A stretch of DNA of 40,795 nt, from IMG/VR virus record IMGVR_UViG_3300031184_000003, positions 1 through 40,795 of that record, one strand, 5' to 3'. Below the pieces are notes generated by a model. That model had not been told where the DNA came from, searched no databases, and was given only the letters and a program-made list of their open reading frames with translations. Shown in pieces: positions 17,793-26,659 of the stretch. The stretch's first letter is position 1. The number at the start of each line of letters is the position of its first letter. The stretch is from a virus (taxonomy: Duplodnaviria; Caudoviricetes). The translations under genes and the position numbers were made by a program.

Positions 17793-18173
17793 TCACCCTC
17801 CGAGCTTCTCGACGGCGCGCGCAATGTCGGCCTGCCGCGAGATGTCGTCGCCGGCCAGGCGCGCCTGGCGCTCGCGTGCCTCGCGCTTCCACGTCAACGC
17901 GAAGTCGTCGATGGTCGTCAGGTTATTGCGCTTCATGTAGTCGCGGTGCTTGGCGCGCGAGCTGATGTCGCTGCCGTCGGTGGCGCGCAGGCCTTGGTAG
18001 TGCCGCTCGCTGACGAGGTTATGCAGCGCGAAGCCTGGCACCGCCTGCAGCAGCCGCTCCATGTGCTTGCCGCAGTGCACGAAGCTGGGCGGGCGCTCGA
18101 TGTAGTCGTGGATCGACATCACCTGCTCGATGACACCGTCACAGGCCGCGCAGCGCCAGGCGTAGGTGGGCAT
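17793..18173 (-). CDS. FmdB-like zinc-ribbon protein
   Basis: MPTYAWRCAAC...HCGKHMERL; DGSDISSRAKHRDYMKRNN. Confidence 0.8.
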   Translation of the reverse strand: MPTYAWRCAACDGVIEQVMSIHDYIERPPSFVHCGKHMERLLQAVPGFALHNLVSERHYQGLRATDGSDISSRAKHRDYMKRNNLTTIDDFALTWKREARERQARLAGDDISRQADIARAVEKLGG

Positions 18174-18175
18174 GG

Positions 18176-18454
18176 TCAACGTGCCTGCGGTGCCACCGGC
18201 AGCGCGAACGGTGCGGGGTCGCCTGGCGGGTCCTCGGTGTCGGCTGGCTCGCTGAGCAACGATTGCACCAGCGCGGCGGCGCTCTCGACTTGCTCGCGCG
18301 CGGCCTCGACATCGAGCATGAGCTGCTCGATGCTGGTATTGATGCGAACCCGCGAGGCCATCGCTGCCATGCGCTGCTGCGATGCGCGGTACAGGTTGGC
18401 GCGCGCGCTCTGCAGCGCCGCCAGTGCGTCGTCAATCTGTTGCTGCGTCGCCAT
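18176..18454 (-). CDS. Coiled-coil hypothetical protein (92 aa)
   Basis: GAGGTG RBS; fills the gap after the portal gene. Confidence 0.65.
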   Translation of the reverse strand: MATQQQIDDALAALQSARANLYRASQQRMAAMASRVRINTSIEQLMLDVEAAREQVESAAALVQSLLSEPADTEDPPGDPAPFALPVAPQAR

Positions 18455-18462
18455 GATTCACC

Positions 18463-20517
18463 TCACATCGGCGCGCCGTTGAGCGGCGCGGGCATCTGCG
18501 GCTGCATCGGCGGCACCGAGCCGGGGCCAGCGGGTAGGCCTGGTGGCCCGCCAGGTTGGGGGCCGCCTGGCGTCATGGGCGGCAAGCCGCCCGCTGGCAT
18601 TCCGATGGGCGGGATGAGCGCGGCCTCTTTCTTCGTGCGCTCGGCCTCGGCGTCGTACTTGCCGGCCTGCGCGGTATTCTTCTTGTCCTCTGGCGTCGGC
18701 GGCTCGGGTTGCGGCGGCTGCTGCGCTTTCTCGGTGAGTGCCTTGGCGGCCTGGTCGAGCACGCCCTCGATGGTCTTGGCGCCCTTGAAGCCCGCTGCAG
18801 CCCACTGCAGCAGCTTGATGAGGAATGACCCGGTCATCGGGTCGGCCTGCACCACGGGCGCAGCAGCCATCACGAAGTTAGAGGCGGCGCCGAGAAACTC
18901 GGTGCGCGCTTCCTTCTCCTGCGCCCAGTCGGGCGCGGCCAGGCTGTCGGCGGTCACCGTGATGCTGTACATCGCGGTGCCGAAGTCTTTCAGCAACTGG
19001 ATTGCCGGCTGCGCGTACTGCGCGTCGGGCGTGCGCTCGATCAGCGAGCGCTTGAGGATCGTCTGCGGTTGAAACAGGTTGCTGACGATGTTGGCGCGGA
19101 TGCGCATCACGTCGCTGACGAAGCGCGCCACATCGTTTTGCAGGTTAGCCAGGCGCGCGCCGCCGTACTGCACCTTGAGCTGCTGCGCGGTCGCTGTCTC
19201 GCTCGCCACCGAGGCACCGCGCATGATGTCGCTGATGCCCATCACCTCGTAGAGGTCGTGCTGCAGTTGATTCTTGCGCGCCGTGAGCTGCGCGATGGCG
19301 GCCACGAACTGCTCGATGGGCATCCAGTCGATGACGCCCTTCATGCCGCCCTTCTCGACGAAGGCGCTCCAGTTTTCCACCGGGATCAGCTCGTTCTCGG
19401 TGCCTGCCGCGAGCATCTTGCGCGCGGCCATCGCGGTCTTGTCGTAGACGCCCACCGCCTTCACCGCCTCGGTGAGGTGCGCGAGCTTGGCGTTGACGCG
19501 ATCCAGCTCCTTGTAGAGGTCTTGCACCATCGCATAGTCGGGGCGCGGCAAGAAGGCCTTGGTGAGCGTGGTTGCCGTGATCGGCATCGGGCATGGGAAG
19601 AAGTCATCCAGCTCCAGCGGGTCGGGCTGCTGGTCGAGCACGAAGCTGCAGCCCTCGACGAACCAGCACACGTAGTTGCGCTCGCGCTCCCACACCTCCC
19701 ACACCGCGGCTTGCTTGAATGGCGTGGCCTTCAGCACGTCCTCGGTGCCGCTCGGGCTGTCGGTGTTGATCGGCTCGCGCGTGGTCATCGGGATCATGCC
19801 GAGCTGCTTCTCATCGAGCTTGAAGCGCGCCTTGAGCTTCGGTTCGCTCATGTAGACGCGGCGCGCGACCCAGCGGCACTCTCGCCAGCGCCGGCACGGC
19901 GCGTAGCGGAAGTCGTCCCAGTAGACGTAGTCGGTCTGCGCCTCTTCGTTGATGATGGCTTCGACCTGCTGCGTGGCGCCGGGGATCGGCTGCCCGGTGG
20001 CGGGGTCCGTCACCGGCTGGTCCTGCATCTCGGTGTCCACTTCATAGCGGCACCAGACTTGCCCCAGGCCGGCGATGAAACGATCCTGCACCGCGTCGCG
20101 CATCGCGGCGTTGGTGTCGTCGTAGTCGCGCTCGATGTCGCCATTGAGCACGCGCTGCATGATGATTCCGGCCACGCGCGACACGTCGTCGTCAAAGTCG
20201 CCGAACTTGCGGTCAACCTCGGCCTTCGGCAGGCGCCCGTAGATCGCGCTCAGGATCACCTGCACGTTGCTCCAGAACAGGTTCACCTTGCCCATGCTGG
20301 TCGGCGCGGTCGAGCCGGTGGTGTCGCTGACGCCGATGTACTGGCGCTCGCACTCGCGCGCGGCCTTGACGAAGCGCTGCATCCAGCGCTTGGAGCTGTC
20401 CAGCTCGCGCTGCCACTTCTGCGCGGCCTTCCCGCTCTCGACCAGCGTCGTCTTTTTGCCTTTGGGCTTCGGCGCGTCGGCCTCGTCGGTGCGGCTTGCC
20501 GCTTCAGCGTATGCCAT
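18463..20517 (-). CDS. Portal protein (684 aa)
   Basis: NLFWSNVQ, FFPCP.P, YEVMGISDIMRG..ETATAQQLK; follows the terminase. Confidence 0.9.
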   Translation of the reverse strand: MAYAEAASRTDEADAPKPKGKKTTLVESGKAAQKWQRELDSSKRWMQRFVKAARECERQYIGVSDTTGSTAPTSMGKVNLFWSNVQVILSAIYGRLPKAEVDRKFGDFDDDVSRVAGIIMQRVLNGDIERDYDDTNAAMRDAVQDRFIAGLGQVWCRYEVDTEMQDQPVTDPATGQPIPGATQQVEAIINEEAQTDYVYWDDFRYAPCRRWRECRWVARRVYMSEPKLKARFKLDEKQLGMIPMTTREPINTDSPSGTEDVLKATPFKQAAVWEVWERERNYVCWFVEGCSFVLDQQPDPLELDDFFPCPMPITATTLTKAFLPRPDYAMVQDLYKELDRVNAKLAHLTEAVKAVGVYDKTAMAARKMLAAGTENELIPVENWSAFVEKGGMKGVIDWMPIEQFVAAIAQLTARKNQLQHDLYEVMGISDIMRGASVASETATAQQLKVQYGGARLANLQNDVARFVSDVMRIRANIVSNLFQPQTILKRSLIERTPDAQYAQPAIQLLKDFGTAMYSITVTADSLAAPDWAQEKEARTEFLGAASNFVMAAAPVVQADPMTGSFLIKLLQWAAAGFKGAKTIEGVLDQAAKALTEKAQQPPQPEPPTPEDKKNTAQAGKYDAEAERTKKEAALIPPIGMPAGGLPPMTPGGPQPGGPPGLPAGPGSVPPMQPQMPAPLNGAPM

Positions 20518-20525
20518 GCTGGCCC

Positions 20526-21887
20526 CTAGATGCGCCGCTCGCGTGCTGCGTGCGATGCAAACATCTCTTCCAGAGTGATCGGGTAGTGGGTGCCGTCGTA
20601 CTCGCGCGGCGCGTCGGGCTTGTCCTCGCGCACCAGCTCGCGCATCACCTGCGCGCCGTAGCTGAAGCCGTCGGCGCCGTGGCTGGCCCAGTTGTGGTCC
20701 GGTTCTGCCGAGAGAATCTTGCGTTCGTCGTCGTACTTGAACGACCAGGCACGCAGCGCTTCGAGGCCGCGCGAGCAGTGGTCACGGTGGAAGCGGCATC
20801 GAGGGATCACCATGCGCGCCGCGTTGATGCGGTCGGCCAGCTTGGTCTTTGGCACGATGGAGCACTCGAAGGCCTGCGCGAATTGCTCGATGACTGTCTC
20901 GCGCGTCTGGAAGGTTTTCGCCGTCGCGTCGTGCGGCAGGTAGACGTGATGAATGGGCAGGTTGCAGGCCTTCAGGCGTGCAATCCACTCCTTGGCGTCG
21001 AGTCCGCTGTCCTCCTGGTAGTCGATCAGCTCGAAGCCGCCGACTTTGACCTGCCAGAACCAGAAGGCCGCCGCGTCGCGATAGCCGATGTCGCAGCTCA
21101 CCACGATGCGCGCGCCGGGCTCGTACTCGGTGTCGGTGTCCACTCGACCATCGCGCTCGGCCTGCGCGATGTAGCGGCCAACGATGGCGCCCACGTTGGC
21201 AGCGCTGAAGTCGCAGTAATACTCCTGCTGGATCAGCTCTTCGGGCATGCCCATCGCGCGCTCAAGCTCGATGTCGGCGTCGGTGAGCACGCCCGTCACC
21301 GTGATCGGCATCTCGGCGCAGAAGGCGCCCTTGAGCTTCTTGGCAATCTCCAGCGTCTTGTGCGCGTGGTTGTAGCCGCGCGGCGTGAAGATGAACGCCA
21401 CGCTGCCGCGGTTCTCGCGCAGGATCGGGCGCACGAAGTCGTAGGCGCGCGGGTCGGTGAGAGCCCACTCGGAGAAGGTGACGTGCACGGGCGAGGCGCC
21501 CACCAGGCTGTCGAAGTTGTCGGCGCCGACGATCTGCACCATCGAGCCGTTGTGCAGCTCCAGCTTCATCTCATCTTCGAGACGCCGCCTGACCAGCACG
21601 TCAGGGAAGGTGGCCTTGATGAGGTTCTTGCCCTCGCTGGTGATGTTGTCCCAGACCACCTTGCGGCCCTGCTTGAGCGTGGGCAGGCAGTGCCAGAAAA
21701 GGCCGGTGCGCTTGAACGTCTGTTTGCAGGCCTGCGCGAGGGCGGTGCGGTCCTTGCCGCCGCGTCGATGCATCACCCAGACTGCGAACTTGCAGCCGGC
21801 ATCCATCGCGCTCATGTAGGGCATCTGATACGCCCGAGGCTGCATGCCGCCGTCGATGGCGAGCTGCTGCTCAGGTGTCGATGACAT
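20526..21887 (-). CDS. terL: Terminase large subunit
   Basis: Walker A-like HRRGGKD, FSEW, FTPRG, QEYYCDF; nuclease motifs SCDIG, YLPHDA, HGADGFSY. Confidence 0.95.
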   Translation of the reverse strand: MSSTPEQQLAIDGGMQPRAYQMPYMSAMDAGCKFAVWVMHRRGGKDRTALAQACKQTFKRTGLFWHCLPTLKQGRKVVWDNITSEGKNLIKATFPDVLVRRRLEDEMKLELHNGSMVQIVGADNFDSLVGASPVHVTFSEWALTDPRAYDFVRPILRENRGSVAFIFTPRGYNHAHKTLEIAKKLKGAFCAEMPITVTGVLTDADIELERAMGMPEELIQQEYYCDFSAANVGAIVGRYIAQAERDGRVDTDTEYEPGARIVVSCDIGYRDAAAFWFWQVKVGGFELIDYQEDSGLDAKEWIARLKACNLPIHHVYLPHDATAKTFQTRETVIEQFAQAFECSIVPKTKLADRINAARMVIPRCRFHRDHCSRGLEALRAWSFKYDDERKILSAEPDHNWASHGADGFSYGAQVMRELVREDKPDAPREYDGTHYPITLEEMFASHAARERRI

Positions 21888-22203
21888 CGCCGCCCTTGGC
21901 CGCCAGGCGCAGCGGCATCACGTGCTGCTGCAGCGGGCTGTTGTGCACGCCTGGCACCGGCTGGTTGCCGATCACGAGCTGCTGCACCACGAACGTGATG
22001 CCTGCGGCCTCGGCGCCGTCATCGGTCTTGATGCACTTGGCGACGAACTGCAGGTAAGCCTGTGGGTCGCTCTCGGCAATGCGCTTGAGGTACGCGATGC
22101 CGCCCAGCGCGTTCAGCGAGTCGCCGGCCATGCGGCGCAGCTCTTGCGAGATGTGGCTCGCCGTCGTCCGCTTGCTTCGCGCAGCGACGGGGGTGGTCAT
22201 CAT
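21871..22203 (-). CDS. Putative terminase small subunit
   Basis: LGGIAYL..IAESDPQAYL motif; overlaps the terL start. Confidence 0.65.
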   Translation of the reverse strand: MMTTPVAARSKRTTASHISQELRRMAGDSLNALGGIAYLKRIAESDPQAYLQFVAKCIKTDDGAEAAGITFVVQQLVIGNQPVPGVHNSPLQQHVMPLRLAAKGGDVIDT

Positions 22204-22219
22204 CGGGCTCCAGAAACGA

Positions 22220-22243
22220 CGAAACCCGCCGAGGCGGGTTTCG
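22220..22243 (-). terminator. Intrinsic terminator immediately upstream of the packaging genes
   Basis: CGAAACCCGCC-TC-GGCGGGTTTCG inverted repeat followed by TCGTTTCT on the minus strand. Confidence 0.65.
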
Positions 22244-22326
22244 AGGGACAGTGCAGCGTCTCCAGAGGGGCGACGGGTCGCCTGCGTGTTGCGCGCAGGC
22301 GTGCCCCTCGGGGCGCGATTGTGCGC

Positions 22327-22746
22327 CTACATCGTGCCGTTGAACAAGTCTTGGTTGGCCGCGAACAGCGGTGCCTGCGCCGGCACATCCTTGAGCACTT
22401 GGCGCTCGATGTCGGTACGCGGCGTCAGCACCTTGTCCGGGTGCAGGCGCTTGGCGATGCGGTAGGTCTGTGCGCTCTCGTACTGATAGCGCTGAAACTG
22501 CCGCGTGCGGCGCTGTGCGATGCGCGGGTCATGGTCGTAGGCGTAATCGGCCTGCGCCCATGCGATGGCGCGCAACTGGTCGTCGAGCTTGACGAACCCG
22601 AGCGCTGCCTCGCGGTCGGGCGGCGGCTCGGGCACCGGATAGGCACCGAGCGGCTCAGCTTTACTTGAGTCAGGCGAAAGGGAATTGACAAGCGCGCTTG
22701 TCATGGGCCCATACTGCTCATGGGCTTTAGGTGCAGGGGAATGCAT
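22327..22746 (-). CDS. Hypothetical protein (139 aa)
   Basis: TAGGAG RBS before ATG 22746. Confidence 0.6.
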   Translation of the reverse strand: MHSPAPKAHEQYGPMTSALVNSLSPDSSKAEPLGAYPVPEPPPDREAALGFVKLDDQLRAIAWAQADYAYDHDPRIAQRRTRQFQRYQYESAQTYRIAKRLHPDKVLTPRTDIERQVLKDVPAQAPLFAANQDLFNGTM

Positions 22747-22774
22747 ATTGAAGCTCCTAGGTTGTTGAAGGACA

Positions 22775-22804
22775 AAGGCCACGGGGGTGCAACCCCGTGG
22801 CCTT
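22775..22804 (-). terminator. 12-bp hairpin, possible tR'-like terminator
   Basis: AAGGCCACGGGG-6 nt-CCCCGTGGCCTT, then TGTCCTT on the minus strand. Confidence 0.5.
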
Positions 22805-22883
22805 CTCACTTTGCGCCAGCGAAACAGTGACCGTCAAGCGCCTGCGTAGAAAAGTTTGCTATGGGCTCTGCATGGCGGCCTAT

Positions 22884-22899
22884 AGGTCCACGTGAAACA
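22884..22899. promoter_or_regulatory. parS-like site 2
   Basis: AGGTCCACGTGAAACA, 14/16 match to TGTTNCACGTGAAACA; intergenic. Confidence 0.5.
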
Positions 22900-22900
22900 C

Positions 22901-22946
22901 TGCGGTGCAGTGCGGTGCAGTGCGGTGCAGTGCGGTGCAGTGCGGT
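22901..22946. repeat. Tandem repeat (TGCGGTGCAG)x4.6
   Basis: Perfect 10-mer tandem with internal 5-nt periodicity (GGTGC/AGTGC). Confidence 0.95.
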
Positions 22947-22966
22947 TTGAGGGTGGTGCACGCACC

Positions 22967-23305
22967 CTAGACCACGCCAGCGTTGCGCAATCTTCGTTGC
23001 AGCTCGGCAACGGCTCGGGCAACCACTGATTGCCGGTGCTCCTTGTCGGCGAGCGACGGATGCATCAGCACCTCGACGCCCATGCACTCGGCGCGCGCGA
23101 CATGCTGCACCGCCAGGCGCAGCTCGCGCGGCATCAGCTCCACCTCGCGCTCGATGGCTTCCATGATGAGCAGTTCGAGCTGTTCGTCGTCGTCGCTGGT
23201 CGTCGTGGCGAACACTTTAGATAACGCGCGCGCGTAGCCACGTTCATGCGACCACGCGCGGCGCCACTGGTGCCAGCGACCGAGCAGCGACCCGAGGTCA
23301 CCCAC
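22967..23305 (-). CDS. Q-like late transcription regulator
   Basis: LLGRWHQW...MEAIEREVELMP...LQRRLRNAGVV; last gene of the nin-like region before the late leader. Confidence 0.55.
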   Translation of the reverse strand: MGDLGSLLGRWHQWRRAWSHERGYARALSKVFATTTSDDDEQLELLIMEAIEREVELMPRELRLAVQHVARAECMGVEVLMHPSLADKEHRQSVVARAVAELQRRLRNAGVV

Positions 23306-23657
23306 GGTGGCGCTGGATGGCGGCCTCGATGTCGCGGCGGATGTCACTCTTGATGAGGTGCTCGCCCACCGCTGCGAGCGCGTTGTGCACCTCCTGCAGC
23401 CCGCTGGCGCGCGCCAGGCGCTGCATCCCGCGGATGTCGCTTGGCAGCATCTCGGGCCCGAAAATGCGCATGTTGCGCGGGTCGGCAGCGAGCTGCTCGG
23501 CCTCTACCTCGGCCTGGCCCTGCTCGTGCTCGGCTTCCTGCTGGCGGCGCACGCGCTCGGGCACACCGAGCGGGTATGCCCAATGCCACCAGTCCGGCAT
23601 GGCGCAGTAGCTCTCGCCAGCGGCGGGCGGGTAGCCCATCTTGCAATCGTTGTTCAT
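23298..23657 (-). CDS. Hypothetical protein (119 aa)
   Basis: ATGA-coupled in the operon. Confidence 0.6.
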   Translation of the reverse strand: MNNDCKMGYPPAAGESYCAMPDWWHWAYPLGVPERVRRQQEAEHEQGQAEVEAEQLAADPRNMRIFGPEMLPSDIRGMQRLARASGLQEVHNALAAVGEHLIKSDIRRDIEAAIQRHRG

Positions 23658-23848
23658 GGTGCTTTCCTCGCACCCTCTGTCGGCTTCGCGTGGGTCCGCA
23701 TGATCGATGCCATGCGTTTTGCTCTGTCGGCGTCGTTGAACTCCTGCGCGACGCCGAGCGGGATGTCGATGCCGCTGCTCGCTGGCGGCTTCCAGCCGTG
23801 CGCGATTGCCGCCATTGTGCGCGCCTGCTTAGGGCTCTTACTCGGCAT
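23654..23848 (-). CDS. Small conserved phage protein (64 aa)
   Basis: MPSKSPKQARTMAAIAH...IPLGVAQEF motif; GGAG RBS. Confidence 0.7.
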   Translation of the reverse strand: MPSKSPKQARTMAAIAHGWKPPASSGIDIPLGVAQEFNDADRAKRMASIMRTHAKPTEGARKAP

Positions 23849-24209
23849 GTTGCAGCTCCAGTTCCCCCTGCATGCCCTTGACGGGCGGGGCGAATTCGAT
23901 GCGAACGCTCCAGGGCGCGCGCTCCTGTGCGTACTTGAAGCGGATACGGCGCACGTCGCCATCATCGACGCCCAGCCACTCGGCGACCGCGTCGCGCACG
24001 CCCTTGAGCGCGCCGACCAAGTTGTCATCGTCTAACCCGCCGCTGGGTGCACGCCTGGTGAGCACCACCACGCACGGCAGCGCCGGGCGCTGCATCATCT
24101 TCAACGACCAGGCGACCGCCTCTTTTTCCTTGGCGACGCGGCGCGCGCGCGCCATGTAGTGCTCGCGGTCGTTCTGGCCCCGCCCGGTGGCAATCGGCAG
24201 GATCGTCAT
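23838..24209 (-). CDS. rusA: RusA-like Holliday junction resolvase
   Basis: LDDDNLVGALKGVRDAVAEWLGVDD catalytic pattern. Confidence 0.7.
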   Translation of the reverse strand: MTILPIATGRGQNDREHYMARARRVAKEKEAVAWSLKMMQRPALPCVVVLTRRAPSGGLDDDNLVGALKGVRDAVAEWLGVDDGDVRRIRFKYAQERAPWSVRIEFAPPVKGMQGELELQHAE

Positions 24210-24874
24210 GCCGGCACCTCCAGCACGAACAACCCCGGCGTCGCTTCGCGCTCGACCCACGGCGCAGCGTCGGCGATGAACGGCACCAGTTGCAGCTCGG
24301 CGCCGCCCTCGACGACACGGCGCAAGCGCAGCAGGCTCGCCGCGCACCACCACTCGATGGCCGCGAAGGTCGGCGGGTCGTAGCACATCACCTGCCTGAA
24401 CCGCGCCGACACGTCGAACACGTCCACGATGACGATGCGCCCGCCTGGCTCGCAGTTGTCGAGCGCGGCAGTCAGCGTCTCGTGCATGTCCACGTGCCCC
24501 AGCAGGTAGCCCAGCAGCACCACGTCGAACGGCGCATTCGGGCTTGCATAACCCTGCGCGTCAGCGCACACCTTGTAGCCCTTGCATTGGCACAGGTCGA
24601 GCTGCTCCTGCGAGATGTTCACCAGCTCGAAGCTCAAGTCCGGGCGCGCCTGGCGCCAATACGCCTCGACGCCGCCGATGCCGCAGCCCAGGCTGAGCAC
24701 GCGCGCACCCTGTGGCGGGTCCGTGAGGCGCAGCAGCTCCAGCGCATGCGAGCGCTCGCCGCTGCGTCCGAGCTGAAAGAGCTGCAGCACCGTGTGCCCC
24801 TGCTGCAGGTGCCACTGGCTCACAAACCGCGTCAGGTTCGCATCGCCGTACAGCGGATGCTCGGCGGCCTTCAC
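24206..24874 (-). CDS. Class I SAM-dependent methyltransferase (small-molecule type)
   Basis: RVLSLGCGIGG, VNISQEQL, CADA, FDVV, PGGRIVIVD. Confidence 0.85.
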   Translation of the reverse strand: MKAAEHPLYGDANLTRFVSQWHLQQGHTVLQLFQLGRSGERSHALELLRLTDPPQGARVLSLGCGIGGVEAYWRQARPDLSFELVNISQEQLDLCQCKGYKVCADAQGYASPNAPFDVVLLGYLLGHVDMHETLTAALDNCEPGGRIVIVDVFDVSARFRQVMCYDPPTFAAIEWWCAASLLRLRRVVEGGAELQLVPFIADAAPWVEREATPGLFVLEVPA

Positions 24875-25197
24875 TGGAAGCCCTGCTTGCGCTCCTGCAC
24901 GCACTCGTGCACCGTCTGCGCATACGCCTCGCTGAAGGCCGCCAGCGCCCGCTGCGCGGCCACCAGGAGCACCTCGGGCGGGCACTGCCTGGCGCTCGCC
25001 ATCATCACCACCCCGAAGAGCTGCTTGCGCAGCACGTCGGCACCCGGCGCTTCGAGCAGGCTGTCGGCAATCTCTTCGACCGTGCACTCGCCCAGGTGTG
25101 CCATCGGCAGCTTGACCACCGTGCCGGGCCCTTGCGCCGCAGCATGGATGAACTCTCTGGCGTAGCTCGTGACAACCGTGTCCTCGGCGGCGGTCAT
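24871..25197 (-). CDS. Hypothetical protein (108 aa)
   Basis: Translationally coupled on both sides. Confidence 0.65.
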   Translation of the reverse strand: MTAAEDTVVTSYAREFIHAAAQGPGTVVKLPMAHLGECTVEEIADSLLEAPGADVLRKQLFGVVMMASARQCPPEVLLVAAQRALAAFSEAYAQTVHECVQERKQGFQ

Positions 25198-25529
25198 TGC
25201 AGCACCCCCACCGGGTGACTGCGCTGCAGCTCGCGCCCGCGCCGCCACACGCCCATCACCCCGAGCTTGCGAGCCTGCGTGAAGCTCACGCGCTGCGCGA
25301 TGAGCCGGCAGTCCATCTCCTTGCACATCTGCGGCTTCGTCTGGTGGATCGTGCACCCTTGATTGCCGAGGTAGACACAATCCCCGTTCGCCTTGTGCGC
25401 CAGCATGCGCTGACTGGGCCAGCGGTCGTGAGGCACCGTGCGCCACTGGCTTGCATCCTCACCCGGCAGGATGCGAACCGCATCCTGGTGGCAGCAGCGC
25501 GTGCAGCCATTGCACGGCACGGCAGTCAT
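25194..25529 (-). CDS. YkgJ-family CxxCxxCC cysteine-cluster protein
   Basis: CNGCTRCC, CVYL..GCTIH..KPQMC..DC. Confidence 0.85.
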   Translation of the reverse strand: MTAVPCNGCTRCCHQDAVRILPGEDASQWRTVPHDRWPSQRMLAHKANGDCVYLGNQGCTIHQTKPQMCKEMDCRLIAQRVSFTQARKLGVMGVWRRGRELQRSHPVGVLQ

Positions 25530-25720
25530 GCCGCCACCTCTTCGTGGGTGCGCACCAGCGTGTTGCCGGTGTCCACTGAAGCGCGCAGGCAGACCTTGTG
25601 CACCCGGTGCTGGTTGCCCAGCGGGTCCTTGACCACCGCGCAGGTCTGATGCGCCTTGCGGTTGAGGCTGCCCAGCAGCTTGCCGCAGTGCCAGCAGTTG
25701 AGCGCATGCGACGGCGTCAT
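25526..25720 (-). CDS. Small zinc-finger protein
   Basis: CWHC...HKVC. Confidence 0.6.
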   Translation of the reverse strand: MTPSHALNCWHCGKLLGSLNRKAHQTCAVVKDPLGNQHRVHKVCLRASVDTGNTLVRTHEEVAA

Positions 25721-26076
25721 GGCTTCACCTCGACCAGCAGGTGCGCGATGGGCCCGAGTTGCTCATTGCGATTGAGCTGCTTGTGCTCTTCGGGCGCATG
25801 GAAGATGAACTGCATCGCCCTGAGAATCCGCACCAGGTCGTCGAAGCTCGCCACCTTGTGCCACGCGATGGCGTAGCACCTGCGGCTCGGCGTGTGCAGC
25901 GTCATCATCTCCCCGTGGTTGCTCTGCACGCGCTCGGGCTCGGGCTTCGGCTCTTGCTGCCGAGCCACGTCCCCTAACGCGCGCAACTGCTGCACCTGCC
26001 CAGCGCGTTGCATCTCCTGCGCATGCTCGCCCAGGTAGCGCTTGAGCGCTCCGTTGCGTTGTTGCTCCTGTTGCAT
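25717..26076 (-). CDS. Hypothetical protein (119 aa)
   Basis: Coupled in the operon. Confidence 0.6.
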   Translation of the reverse strand: MQQEQQRNGALKRYLGEHAQEMQRAGQVQQLRALGDVARQQEPKPEPERVQSNHGEMMTLHTPSRRCYAIAWHKVASFDDLVRILRAMQFIFHAPEEHKQLNRNEQLGPIAHLLVEVKP

Positions 26077-26080
26077 TTTT

Positions 26081-26659
26081 TCAATCCTCGCTGTGGCGCA
26101 ATGCCATGCGCCAGAAAGCCCTCTGTGCCTGCGTCAAGTGGACACCGTTGCGCTCTTTGTCGCGCAAGCTGCGTGCCCCACTGAGGATGTCGCTGCTCAT
26201 CTGCGTGCGCAGTCGTGCCATCTCGCTCTTGAACCTCTCGGGCATCACCGTGCGCTTGCGGTCATTGCCGATGGTGGCCCGCATTGCCGGTGCCGGTGCC
26301 TCGCGGCACAGCGCCTTGAACGCCATGACGGTCGGCGGGTAGTCCGGCGGCAGGTGCTGCAGCGCATAGGCCACCGCATGCGGCGACACGCCCGCCAGCT
26401 CGTGCTGCCAGTCGCCCCTGACGGCGTCGAGAGGCAGCCCTGCGTAGGCCTCGCGGAAGCGCTTGCCGTAGGCCAAGGTGAGCTTCGTGAACACGGCATC
26501 GAGGACGGAGGGTGGGCGCTCGGGGGGTGTCCGCTCATTTTGGAGGTTTGCGTACGAAGGGGGGCCCACCTCGAACGCGCCACCCCCGTCGGCGTTTTCA
26601 CCCGCCCCTCCGGGTCGCAACGCGGTCGCGCCTGGCAGCAGCTCGCGCAGCTCGCTCAT
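26081..26659 (-). CDS. Replication protein P-like helicase loader
   Basis: VFTKLTLAYGKRF..DW..ELAG..YPPTVMAFKALC; downstream of the initiator. Confidence 0.6.
   Translation of the reverse strand: MSELRELLPGATALRPGGAGENADGGGAFEVGPPSYANLQNERTPPERPPSVLDAVFTKLTLAYGKRFREAYAGLPLDAVRGDWQHELAGVSPHAVAYALQHLPPDYPPTVMAFKALCREAPAPAMRATIGNDRKRTVMPERFKSEMARLRTQMSSDILSGARSLRDKERNGVHLTQAQRAFWRMALRHSED

Noticed and set aside
3339-21884. Long antisense ORFs on the plus strand (e.g. 3339-4904, 9814-11361, 15428-17023, 19069-20529, 20496-21884)
   Set aside because: Shadow frames of GC-rich genes; no motifs or RBS.
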